DNA of 64,000 bases, taken from positions 1 to 64,000 of the forward strand of contig JBDHUY010000004.1 in the NCBI GenBank assembly GCA_039809385.1, given 5' to 3'. Below, one piece after another: positions 52,013-61,528 of the stretch (position 1 is the first letter of the stretch; the number at the start of each line of letters is the position of its first letter). This stretch comes from Candidatus Altimarinota bacterium. Lineage in GTDB: Bacteria > Patescibacteriota > Gracilibacteria > JBDHUY01. Made by a program: the position numbers and the translations under genes. The notes beneath the pieces were generated by a model. It did no database searches, had not been told where the DNA came from, and was given only the letters and a program-made list of their open reading frames with translations.

Positions 52013-52744
52013 TTATTTTCTATGCAGTAACCATTCCCGCTCAAAAATCATCTGTTCCATTTTGACGAGTTCCGGGTTGTGAATCCGTATGCCGGATATA
52101 CTGTCCGACGGGTCAAAAAAAGTAATGTTATTTCCGTAAAGAAAGCAGCTGGTGATAAAATTCTGACCTGAGGCAATCAAAACGGTTTGACGCAGATTCT
52201 GTTTATCTTCCTTTTGAAAGCTCTGTGCCAAGGGAGAATTCATCATAATCAATCGGGCGTATGTTTTTTGCTGTACCCGCTCTCTCGTCCAGTTTGTTTC
52301 TCGTACCGGATCCAGACCTGTATAAAACGTATCCAGATTCATCCACGCACAGATCTCTTTGGTTTTGGCGCGCAGGATATCCTCGTACATTTCGCGGAAA
52401 CCCTCTAAGCCGCGGTAATAGTGAACCTGGATTCCCTGCGAATATTTTTGCTGCTCTTTCAGCTGCCGTACCAGCTGTTCGGAGACGTGCAGGCGCTCTT
52501 TTTCATATAAGTACAGCTTGTTGATATCGTCGATCGCGAAATAGGTGTAGGTATTCTGCCGAAAGGACACGATCAGATTTTTTTCCAGCAGCACATTCAG
52601 AATATCGTACACCGAGGTCCGTTTGATCTGGGTGAGCCTGGCCAGCGTCGAAGCCGGCGAGGGGCCCATTGTATGCAGCGCCAGGTAGATGTCGGTCTCT
52701 TTTGGCGAGAAGCCGAGCCGTGAAAAGTATTCGGGTGACAACAT
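52013..52744 (-). CDS. TrmB family transcriptional regulator
   Basis: LGFSPKETDIYLAL...RTSVYDILNVL winged HTH; YYRGLEG and C-terminal effector domain. Confidence 0.9.
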   Translation of the reverse strand: MLSPEYFSRLGFSPKETDIYLALHTMGPSPASTLARLTQIKRTSVYDILNVLLEKNLIVSFRQNTYTYFAIDDINKLYLYEKERLHVSEQLVRQLKEQQKYSQGIQVHYYRGLEGFREMYEDILRAKTKEICAWMNLDTFYTGLDPVRETNWTRERVQQKTYARLIMMNSPLAQSFQKEDKQNLRQTVLIASGQNFITSCFLYGNNITFFDPSDSISGIRIHNPELVKMEQMIFEREWLLHRK

Positions 52745-52770
52745 AGCATTGTTGGAAATGTGAGTATACT

Positions 52771-52788
52771 TGTCGAAAAATATCGACA
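52771..52788. promoter_or_regulatory. Candidate TrmB operator
   Basis: TGTCGA-N6-TCGACA inverted repeat; extra TGTCGA half-site at 52848. Confidence 0.45.
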
Positions 52789-52909
52789 CACAAAATATAC
52801 ATGATACTTAGCCAAGAAGCAATGATACGCCTATGATGAATTTGATCTGTCGACGATAATCCGGTATAAGTTGCACCTTCACTCCTTTATACCTTTTACT
52901 TTCATCCCT

Positions 52910-54595
52910 ATGTCTCTTGTCAACACCTGTTCCGCCTGCGCGAACCCCTTTACCGTTTCGGATGCCGACCTGGCTTTTTACCAGAGAGTATCTCCGCGGA
53001 TTGGAAATAAAATCTTCTCGGTTCCGCCTCCTACGCTATGTCCGGACTGCCGCAAACAGAACCGCGTGCTGTTTCGCAACGAGCGGTCGCTGTATAACCG
53101 CAAATGTTCGGTTTGCCGCAAGGATATGATCTCGATGTACTCGCCGGATAAAGAGCTCAATGTGTATTGTTTGCAGTGTTATTTCGACACCGACAGGTGG
53201 GACCCGCTCGCTTCGGGGGTGGATATGGATTTTTCACAACCCTTTAGCGTTTCGTTGCAGAACGTATTTCGCAAAGTTCCCCTGGCAGCGCTCTTTATCA
53301 GCGGCCACAACGAGAACAGCGACTATACCAACTGCGCCGGATATAACAAAAATACCTATCTGTCCTTCAATTCGGGATACAACGAGGATTGTTCGTATTC
53401 ACGCGGCCTGGGGTACAGCAAAAATTGCATGGACATCTATTGCGGCAATCACAACGAATATTGCTACGAATGTGTCAACTGTACCGGCAGCTATGCGCTT
53501 TTTTTCTCGCAAAACTGCAACCAGTGCTCCGAATCTGCTTTTTTATACAACTGCTCGGCGTGTTCCAATTGCTTCGGGTGTACGAACCTGTACCGCAAGC
53601 AGTACTACATTTTCAACCAACCTTATACCAAAAAGGAGTATCAGGAAATCATGGGCAAGCTTGGTTCCTATGCCTCGCTCCAGGCCGCGCGGGAAAAGTT
53701 TACCGAGCTGGTCCGGTCCTCGCTGCATCGGTCTACCCAAAATGTAAATGTCGAGGGTTCGACTGGCGATTATCTCACCAATACGAAGAATTGCCTTGAT
53801 TGCTTTGAAGTGAACGAATCCGAAGATTGTCGCTTTTTGGATTCGAGCAAAAAGGCCAAGGACGGCTATGACATGTTTGGCCACGGATACTTTTCCGAGC
53901 TCTTTTACCAGACGGTCGGGACCGGCCACGGCAATTCGGTGATCGGGGGACTGAATGTCGACAAGTGCTCCAATACCTACTACTCGATTGACTGCAGTTC
54001 GTCGCAAAATCTATTCGGCTGCGTGGGGGTGCGCAACAAGCAGTATTGCATTCTGAACAAACAGTATACGAAGCAAGAATACGAAACTCTGGTTGCCCGC
54101 ATCATCGAACATATGACCGCAGGCGGCGAGTGGGGGAACTTTTTCCAATCCCACTTTTCGCCGTTCGGGTATAACGAAACGCTGGCACAGGAATATTATC
54201 CGTTAACCAGAGAGGTCGTGACCGAGAAGGGGTTTGCCTGGTCGGACTACCAACCTCCAAAACCCGATGTGACGAAGGTTATTCCGGCTGCCAAGCTGCC
54301 CGACGATATACGACAGATCCCGGATGAGATCCTGCAGTGGGCCATCGAGTGCGAAATTACGCATAAACCGTTCCGAATTACCAAGTCCGAACTGGCTTTC
54401 TATCGCCAGCATAATCTGCCCGTTCCGCGGCGTCACCCCGACCAGCGGCATAAAGACCGGGTTGCATTGAAGAATCCTTCCAAATTATGGCAAAAACAAT
54501 GCCCGCAGTGCCAAAAAGAGATGTCTACCACCTATGCGCCGGATCGTCCGGAAAAGGTATATTGCGAAGACTGTTATGTGAAAGAGGTGTACTGA
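52910..54595 (+). CDS. Cys-rich zinc-ribbon/solenoid protein, paralog 1
   Basis: Multiple CxxC, NCFGC, YCILNKQYTK, C-terminal VYCEDCYVKEVY. Confidence 0.88.
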   Translation: MSLVNTCSACANPFTVSDADLAFYQRVSPRIGNKIFSVPPPTLCPDCRKQNRVLFRNERSLYNRKCSVCRKDMISMYSPDKELNVYCLQCYFDTDRWDPLASGVDMDFSQPFSVSLQNVFRKVPLAALFISGHNENSDYTNCAGYNKNTYLSFNSGYNEDCSYSRGLGYSKNCMDIYCGNHNEYCYECVNCTGSYALFFSQNCNQCSESAFLYNCSACSNCFGCTNLYRKQYYIFNQPYTKKEYQEIMGKLGSYASLQAAREKFTELVRSSLHRSTQNVNVEGSTGDYLTNTKNCLDCFEVNESEDCRFLDSSKKAKDGYDMFGHGYFSELFYQTVGTGHGNSVIGGLNVDKCSNTYYSIDCSSSQNLFGCVGVRNKQYCILNKQYTKQEYETLVARIIEHMTAGGEWGNFFQSHFSPFGYNETLAQEYYPLTREVVTEKGFAWSDYQPPKPDVTKVIPAAKLPDDIRQIPDEILQWAIECEITHKPFRITKSELAFYRQHNLPVPRRHPDQRHKDRVALKNPSKLWQKQCPQCQKEMSTTYAPDRPEKVYCEDCYVKEVY

Positions 54596-54610
54596 CCTAT
54601 TTATCTTTTC

Positions 54611-54640
54611 CGTAGAGATGCAATGCATTGCGTCTCTACG
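54611..54640. repeat. GTAG-family REP palindrome
   Basis: CGTAGAGATGCAATGCATTGCGTCTCTACG. Confidence 0.85.
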
Positions 54641-54658
54641 CGGAACATTCATTTTTTT

Positions 54659-56308
54659 ATGAACAAAATCTGTCGTCTCACCGGAAAACCATTCACAATT
54701 TCGCCCGCAGAACAGGCCTACTGCGAACAAAACAATATTCCCCTGCCAACTCTTCACCCGATCGAGCGCCTGCGCCAGATGATGGTTTTCAGAAATCGCA
54801 TTTCTTTGTACAACGCTACCTGCGGGTTTTCGGGAGAATCCATATTGAGCAGTATCGATCCCAGAAAAGGTTTTATGGTCTATGATGTAGACATCTGGGA
54901 ATCGGAAAAATGGGACCCCCTGGAGTACGGTCGCGAATACGATTTCGGTCGTCCCTTTTTCGATCAGTTTGCCGAGCTTATGCATGCTGCTCCGTGGCCC
55001 AATCTGTTTGTGATTCGCTCGACCATGGAAAACAGCGACTATACCAATGGAATCACTACCGCGAAGAACTGCTACCTTCTTTTCGGATCGATCGAAAACG
55101 AAGCTTGCATGTTCAGTCATTCTTTATGGCGCTGCCGGGATGTAGTCGACTGTGTCTATACCAAAGACAGCGAGCTGTGCTATGATTCGCGAAACGTCCA
55201 CGGCTGTTATAACCTGCGTTTTTCCGAGAACTGCCAGAATTGCTCCGATTCGTATTTTCTGTATAACTGCCAGAGTTGCAAGAACTGTTACGGTTGTATG
55301 AATCTCAGTAATAAAGAATTCTGCATCGGCAACAAGCAGTATACCAAGGAAGAATATTTAAAGCGGATCGCTTCGTTCGAATTGGGTAGCTCTGGGAATC
55401 TGAAAAAGCTCAAAGCCGATTTCGCGAAATATAAAGAAAATTTTCCGATCAAGTATCTGTTTGGCAAAAATAACGAGAACAGCAGCGGCAACTTTTTGAA
55501 CAATACGAAAAATGTACGAAACAGTTTTTTTGTATCAAATGGTGAAGATCTGGAATATTGCCTGTATCTCGATAAAGCCAAAAGCTCGTTTTTTCATTCG
55601 ATGTACGGCAGCAACTCCGAACTGGTTTACAATTGCCAAAGCTGTGGCGATAACGCCTATAACCTCAAATTCTGCGTGGACTGCTGGCCCAACGCCAGTA
55701 CCCTGGAATACTGCATGTTCGTCGGACAAGGATCCGCGGATTGTTTCGGGTCTTTTGGTCTGAAAAAGAAGCAGTATTGCATTTTAAACAAACAGTATGA
55801 CAAGCAAACCTATGTTAACTTGTTGGCCAAGATCAAAGAACAAATGCGGAAAAATGGCGAGTACGGACAATTTTTTCCGGCTGCATTGTCGCCGTTTTAT
55901 TACAACCAGTCGGATGCCGATTATTTTTTCCCGCTGGCCAAAGAGGACGCTTTGCAAAATGGTTTGAGCTGGAATGACGAGCAGATCGAGCCCTTTGAAA
56001 GCACCTATTCAATCCCCGATCATATCAAAGACGTTGGCGACGATATTCTCGATCAAACGCTGAAATGCGAACAGACGGGCAAAAAGTACAAGATCATCAA
56101 ACAGGAACTCGAGCTCTACCGGCGCATGCAGCTGCCGATCCCGCGCGTGGCCCCGCTGGAACGCATCAAAGACCGCCTGGGCATTTTCGCTATTCGCGAA
56201 CCTCGTGCTGGAACGTGCGGGAAATGCGCAAAAAATATTGAGACGGTGTATGACACGGACGACCAAAAAGTGTATTGCGAAGAATGTTATCTGAAAGAGG
56301 TTTATTAA
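54659..56308 (+). CDS. Cys-rich zinc-ribbon/solenoid protein, paralog 2
   Basis: Same motifs; ends VYCEECYLKEVY. Confidence 0.88.
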   Translation: MNKICRLTGKPFTISPAEQAYCEQNNIPLPTLHPIERLRQMMVFRNRISLYNATCGFSGESILSSIDPRKGFMVYDVDIWESEKWDPLEYGREYDFGRPFFDQFAELMHAAPWPNLFVIRSTMENSDYTNGITTAKNCYLLFGSIENEACMFSHSLWRCRDVVDCVYTKDSELCYDSRNVHGCYNLRFSENCQNCSDSYFLYNCQSCKNCYGCMNLSNKEFCIGNKQYTKEEYLKRIASFELGSSGNLKKLKADFAKYKENFPIKYLFGKNNENSSGNFLNNTKNVRNSFFVSNGEDLEYCLYLDKAKSSFFHSMYGSNSELVYNCQSCGDNAYNLKFCVDCWPNASTLEYCMFVGQGSADCFGSFGLKKKQYCILNKQYDKQTYVNLLAKIKEQMRKNGEYGQFFPAALSPFYYNQSDADYFFPLAKEDALQNGLSWNDEQIEPFESTYSIPDHIKDVGDDILDQTLKCEQTGKKYKIIKQELELYRRMQLPIPRVAPLERIKDRLGIFAIREPRAGTCGKCAKNIETVYDTDDQKVYCEECYLKEVY

Positions 56309-56323
56309 CCTATTTATATTTCC

Positions 56324-56365
56324 CGTAGAGACGCAATGTAGAGACGCATTGCCATGCGTCTCTAC
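56324..56365. repeat. GTAG-family REP palindrome with duplicated left arm
   Basis: CGTAGAGACGCAAT-GTAGAGACGCATTGCCATGCGTCTCTAC. Confidence 0.85.
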
Positions 56366-56394
56366 AATAGATCATATATATTTTTCTTTTATCT

Positions 56395-58035
56395 ATGCAA
56401 TCCATCTGCTCCCGCACCGGCCAGCCGTTTGAGATTTCTCCTGCCGAAGTCGAATTTTGTCGCAAAAACGAGATTCCTTTTCCCACGCTGGCTCCATCTG
56501 AGCGCTTGCGCGATCTGGTTTACTTTCGCAATCGCATTTTTCTCTACAATACCACCTGCGCTTTTACCAATAAATCGATTCTAAGCGGCATACCGCCTGA
56601 AAGCGGTCACGTTATCTACGATATCGAAGCCTGGGAATCGGACGCCTGGGATCCTCTTTCGTACGGCAGACCCTATGATTTCAACCGGCCGTTTTTCGAC
56701 CAGTTTGCCGAGATATTTAAAGCTATTCCGCTGCCGAATCTGAGTACGATTCGTTCGACCATGGAAAACAGCGACTATGTTAACGGCGCTTTATGGCTGA
56801 AAAACTGTTACCTGGTATTTGCTTCGGTTCGCTCGCAAGACAGTTTGTTTTCCCGCAGCGTTATCGACTGCAGTTCGGTAGTGGATTGCGTGATGGCCCA
56901 TAATTGCGAGCTGTGCTACAGCAGCCGGGACATCGATCATTGTTATAATCTCAAATATGCCGAATCCTGTATCGGTTGTTCCGATTCGGCTTTTTTATTT
57001 AACTGTCAGAGTTGTAAGAACTGTTTCGGCTGCGTCAATTTACAGAACAAAGAATACTGTTTTTTTAACCAGCAGCTCACCAAAGAAGAATATCAAAAAC
57101 GAATCGCCTCGCTCGATACCGGCAGTTGGTCAAATGTACTAAAAATACAGGAAAAGTTCGACCTGTTTAAACAAGAGTTTCCTATCAAATACTACCGGGG
57201 CAAAAATAACGAAGAGAGTTCGGGCAACTACATCATACATTCCAAGAACTGCCAAAACTCCTATTTCATTACCAAGTCTCAGGATATCGATCATGGTGTC
57301 TTTCTGACCAACTGCAAAGACAGTCTCTTTTTTATTACCGGTGTCGACAGCGAGCTGTGCTATAATACCTGTTCGGGAGATAACTATAACGTGAAGTTCT
57401 GTGCCGAATGCTATGGAAAGGTGACCAACCTTGAATATTGTTTGTGGTGTACCAGCGCGACCGCCGATTCTTTTGGCTGCATCGGACTAAAAAAGAAAAG
57501 TTATTGTATCTTAAACAAGCAATACACCAAAGAAGAATATTTCGAACTTTTACCGCGAGTCAAAGAGCATATGCGCTCTACTGGCGAATACGGTCAGTTC
57601 TTTCCCCAAAGACTCTCTCCCTTTTTCTACAACCAGTGTGAAGCGATCGACTATTTTCCTTTGTCCCGCGACGAAGCCTTGCAAAAGGGGTATAAATGGC
57701 ATGACGAAAACATCGAACCGATGCAGGACTCGTATGTTATTCCTGATCATATCAAAGAGGTCGACAATACGATTACGTCGCGTCTCCTGGTTTCTAAAAA
57801 GACCGGCAAACAGTACAAGATCATCAAGCAGGAATTGGAATTTTATCGCAAGGTCAATGTTCCCTTACCGCGCATTGCACCGCTGGAGCGAATCAAGCAA
57901 CTGAGCAGTATTCTGCAAGTCAAACCACTAATGTCGCAGACATGTTCTAAATGCCAAAAACCGCTTGAGACGACCTATACGGGAGCTCCCCAGCCGGTTT
58001 TATGCGAGGAATGCTACTTGAAAGAGGTCTATTGA
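56395..58035 (+). CDS. Cys-rich zinc-ribbon/solenoid protein, paralog 3
   Basis: Same motifs; ends LCEECYLKEVY. Confidence 0.88.
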   Translation: MQSICSRTGQPFEISPAEVEFCRKNEIPFPTLAPSERLRDLVYFRNRIFLYNTTCAFTNKSILSGIPPESGHVIYDIEAWESDAWDPLSYGRPYDFNRPFFDQFAEIFKAIPLPNLSTIRSTMENSDYVNGALWLKNCYLVFASVRSQDSLFSRSVIDCSSVVDCVMAHNCELCYSSRDIDHCYNLKYAESCIGCSDSAFLFNCQSCKNCFGCVNLQNKEYCFFNQQLTKEEYQKRIASLDTGSWSNVLKIQEKFDLFKQEFPIKYYRGKNNEESSGNYIIHSKNCQNSYFITKSQDIDHGVFLTNCKDSLFFITGVDSELCYNTCSGDNYNVKFCAECYGKVTNLEYCLWCTSATADSFGCIGLKKKSYCILNKQYTKEEYFELLPRVKEHMRSTGEYGQFFPQRLSPFFYNQCEAIDYFPLSRDEALQKGYKWHDENIEPMQDSYVIPDHIKEVDNTITSRLLVSKKTGKQYKIIKQELEFYRKVNVPLPRIAPLERIKQLSSILQVKPLMSQTCSKCQKPLETTYTGAPQPVLCEECYLKEVY

Positions 58036-58044
58036 TTCCTCTCC

Positions 58045-58072
58045 GTAGAGACGCATTGCAATGCGTCTCTAC
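58045..58072. repeat. GTAG-family REP palindrome
   Basis: GTAGAGACGCATTGCAATGCGTCTCTAC, perfect palindrome. Confidence 0.9.
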
Positions 58073-58143
58073 AAAGAAGGCAATGGAGACACGACCTTTT
58101 TAAATATATGTGGTTCTTCTCAATCAATAATGTCATTACATCC

Positions 58144-58654
58144 ATGACCAAGACGTGCCACTGGTGCTCTATTGCATGCGAAATAACTGCTGCCGATTTT
58201 GCCTTTTACGACAAAGTCTTGCCCGTATTCAACGGGAAGAAATACCCGATCCCGCCGCCAAACTTATGTCCCGCATGCCGCGAAAAACGCCGATTGGTAC
58301 TTCGGAATGAGCGAACCCTGTACGGAGACACCTGTGATTTATGCCATAAAGAGATTATTTCGCATTATTAAGCCAGAATTACGTTTTTATCGTCAGCACG
58401 ATATTCCTTTCCCCCACAGGCATCCCGATCAGCGTCACCAAGATCGTATGACCTTGAGAAATCCTAAAAAATTGTGGCAAAGACAGTGCAATTGTGAAAA
58501 CACCAGCCATAAACATGTAGTAGAGACGCTCTGCGGCGGGGTGTCTCCACAAAGCATGGTAGCCAGATGCTCTACAATATTCCAGACAACGTATGCACCT
58601 GACCGACCGGAAAAAGTATATTGCGAAGAATGTTATCTGAAAGAGCTTTATTGA
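58144..58654 (+). pseudogene. Cys-rich paralog 4, internally deleted and frameshifted
   Basis: N-terminal module (to EIIS) joined out of frame to C-terminal module (FRIIKPEL...VYCEECYLKELY) near 58360; REP-like insert at 58520-58550. Confidence 0.85.
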
Positions 58655-58777
58655 ATAAATCTAAGATATTCTCTTGTTGTCCAATGTAACCGGCGCTCTT
58701 TATTTTCAGATGGTTCATAAAATCCCTACTCGCATACGCCCAAAGTATGCTATACTCGCGATACATGCATCGCTTTT

Positions 58778-61042
58778 ATGCCCCAAACGACAACCACTGG
58801 TAAGTCCAATAAAACCCTTCTGATCCGCATTGCACAGGGAGATTCAATCGCGAAAAAGGAAAAAACGTTTGAAGAGTTTTTGATTGCTCTCAGAAAATCG
58901 CTCAAAACCCGTAAGATCTCGCTCGAAATCATTGCTTACCGCCAGCATATTTATTTCTATCTGCATATCCCGGCAGATTTGATAGAACTGGTAGAAGGCC
59001 AGATTTATGCCGTCTATCCCGACTGCGAGATTGTCGATGTCCCAGATTATGCCGACGAACGAGTGCTGGAGCATTTGCATATAGTGGGTACCGATCTGAA
59101 ATTGTCGCGTTCGGATATCTATCCGATCAAGATGTATCCCGCGTTTGAAGCCGATGCGCTGGCGGGTGCTTTTTCGGTACTTACTAAAGGAGAAAAACAG
59201 GATCAGGCCTGGATCCAGTTTGTGATTACTCCGCTGCCGGACGACTGGCTGCTGAATTTTAAACGTTCCTGGAAGATCCGGGTCAGAGGGGTAAAAAATA
59301 TGTTCCGCATTAAAAATCTTTTTAAGGCTACTGATGTTTCCAAAGTCGAGAAAGAAGCTATTTTGGCCAAATCCAAGAAAGATTATTACGATGTCAGTAT
59401 CAAAATCGCCTATCTGACCGACGACAAGAGTAAAGCGATTCAACGCTTGAAAGCCTTGACCGAAGCTTTTTCTCAGTTTGGTACCGCCGATTTGAATTCG
59501 TTCAAAACCGCCGGAATTGTGGCCGGAAGATCCTATTTACAACGCTATAAAGCCCGGCGTCCCGGTATTTCGTTTCAACTGACCACCGAAGAACTCGCCA
59601 CGGTTTATCATTTTCCCAACCCGGACGTCGTTCCGCATATCGTCCATGTGCTGGCGCGCAAAGCGCAACCGCCCTTGGATCTCCCCGTCAAAGGAACCGA
59701 CGATGATAAAAATATCTGTTTTTTCGGAACGACCAACTACCACAATCAGAACAATATTTTCGGGATCAAGCGGCGCGACCGACAACGTCACCTCTATGTC
59801 ATCGGAAAGAGCGGCGTGGGGAAGAGTAAATTGCTGGAACTGTTTATCAACGAAGATATTGCCGACGGTCACGGAGTCGGCGTGCTCGATCCGCACGGCG
59901 ATCTGATCGATAATATTATGCGGCGTATTCCCGAGAATCGGGTCAAAGATGTGATCTATTTCGATCCTTCCGATACCGAATTTCCCGTAGCGTTCAATCC
60001 GCTCGAACAGGTCTCGCCAGAGCTAAAGATGCGTGTGACGATCGGATTTATCGAAATTTTCAAAAAACTCTTCGGCTCCAACTGGACGCCTCGTCTGGAA
60101 CACGTTTTGCGTTATACGACACTGGCGCTGCTCGATTCTCCCAACACGACCGTGCTGAGTATTTTGAAAATGCTGACTGATAAAAATTACCGCCAGCGTA
60201 TCGTGGCCCGTATCGAAGATTCGGTGGTTAAAAATTTCTGGGTCAACGAATTTGCCGGTTGGAGCGAGAAGTTCGACAACGAGGCGATCATGCCGGTCTT
60301 GAACAAAGTCGGTCAGTTCGTTTCTACCGCGCTCATTCGCAATATGGTCGGCCAGCCCCTGAATAAGCTGAATATCCGGAAAATCATGGACGACCGCCAG
60401 ATCCTGTTGATCAAACTTTCGCGCGGGCTGCTGGGTGATGAAAACAGTAATCTGCTGGGAGCGATGCTGATTACCAAAATGCAACAGGCGGCCATGAGCC
60501 GGGCCGATATCCGCGAAGAAGATCGTAAGGATTTTTACTTGTATGTCGATGAGTTCCAAAATTTTGCCACGGATACGTTCGAGCAGATTTTGTCTGAAGC
60601 CCGTAAATATCGTCTCAACGTGACCCTGGCACACCAGTTTATGGCCCAATTATCACCGGCGCTCAGGGCTACGGTATTTGGAAATGTCGGTTCCTTGATC
60701 AGTTTCCGGGTGGGTGCCGACGATGCGGCTATTTTGGAAAAAGAATATACCCCGGTCTTTAAAGTCCGCGATATTATCAATCTGGGAGTGCAGGAGTTCT
60801 ATGTCAAAATGTCGATCGACGGCGAAACCCGCGACGCATTTTCGGGAAAAACCTTATCGATCCAGTACCCGGAGCGCGATTTTACTCAGGAAATTATTGA
60901 AAATTCGCGGCGCCATTTCGGCAAACCGCGGCCCCAAGTGGAAAAAGAACTGGCAGCCTGGGACGAGAGCGGGGGAGCTGACCAGAAAGGCCCGGCTTTG
61001 CCAGCCGCCGATGAAGAGGAGTTTGCCAAGCCGGTGGTGTAG
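58778..61042 (+). CDS. VirD4/TrwB-like type IV coupling ATPase (HerA/FtsK superfamily)
   Basis: DRQRHLYVIGKSGVGKS, DPHGD, YLYVDEFQNF, SEARKY, AHQ, FGNVG. Confidence 0.9.
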   Translation: MPQTTTTGKSNKTLLIRIAQGDSIAKKEKTFEEFLIALRKSLKTRKISLEIIAYRQHIYFYLHIPADLIELVEGQIYAVYPDCEIVDVPDYADERVLEHLHIVGTDLKLSRSDIYPIKMYPAFEADALAGAFSVLTKGEKQDQAWIQFVITPLPDDWLLNFKRSWKIRVRGVKNMFRIKNLFKATDVSKVEKEAILAKSKKDYYDVSIKIAYLTDDKSKAIQRLKALTEAFSQFGTADLNSFKTAGIVAGRSYLQRYKARRPGISFQLTTEELATVYHFPNPDVVPHIVHVLARKAQPPLDLPVKGTDDDKNICFFGTTNYHNQNNIFGIKRRDRQRHLYVIGKSGVGKSKLLELFINEDIADGHGVGVLDPHGDLIDNIMRRIPENRVKDVIYFDPSDTEFPVAFNPLEQVSPELKMRVTIGFIEIFKKLFGSNWTPRLEHVLRYTTLALLDSPNTTVLSILKMLTDKNYRQRIVARIEDSVVKNFWVNEFAGWSEKFDNEAIMPVLNKVGQFVSTALIRNMVGQPLNKLNIRKIMDDRQILLIKLSRGLLGDENSNLLGAMLITKMQQAAMSRADIREEDRKDFYLYVDEFQNFATDTFEQILSEARKYRLNVTLAHQFMAQLSPALRATVFGNVGSLISFRVGADDAAILEKEYTPVFKVRDIINLGVQEFYVKMSIDGETRDAFSGKTLSIQYPERDFTQEIIENSRRHFGKPRPQVEKELAAWDESGGADQKGPALPAADEEEFAKPVV

Positions 61043-61176
61043 GGGAGGGGGACAGAGTATAAAGTATCTGGTATTAAGTATAAAGTATAAGGCACTTACT
61101 CTGATGGTTGAGAGGGGACTTTTTTTGAAATGGCTACTTGTCACTCAGTGTGTTAAAAACGTTTTCCTGCGTCTTC

Positions 61177-61240
61177 GGATTCTGGACGAGTCAGGATGAC
61201 CATTTACAAGTGTCCCGTCACTCCGGCTTGCCCGGAGTCC
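61177..61240. repeat. Pair of GTCA-type REP palindromes
   Basis: GGATTCTGGACGAGTCAGGATGAC and GTCACTCCGGCTTGCCCGGAGTCC. Confidence 0.7.
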
Positions 61241-61528
61241 GTGGATGAGAGTCGCTATGCAAGCGAACGTACTGGCTCTTTATTTTTGGAACAGAGTGGG
61301 GCCGGGATCATCTTTCAATGAATTGGCAGGATTTTGTGCCTTTGTTTTTCTTGTTTGTCTAATCGAGTAAACGGAAGGTCCTGTTTCAGAAAAATAACCC
61401 GTTAGAGGTACATCACTGAGTCTCTATGTCTTATTGCTCCAAATTCTGGACAATCTCATTATTTGTCGTATATACTTAATTCGGTAAGGATGTAATTTTG
61501 CTAATCAAAAAAACATGTATGGGTACTA

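Noticed and set aside
54611-58072. CRISPR array or integron attC sites from the recurring 28-30 bp palindrome
   Set aside because: Copies are about 1.7 kb apart, near-perfect palindromes without the extrahelical bases typical of attC; no cas or intI gene; they fit GTAG REPs.
52910-58654. Diversity-generating retroelement acting on the paralogs
   Set aside because: No reverse transcriptase and no near-identical TR/VR pair with adenine-specific differences seen.
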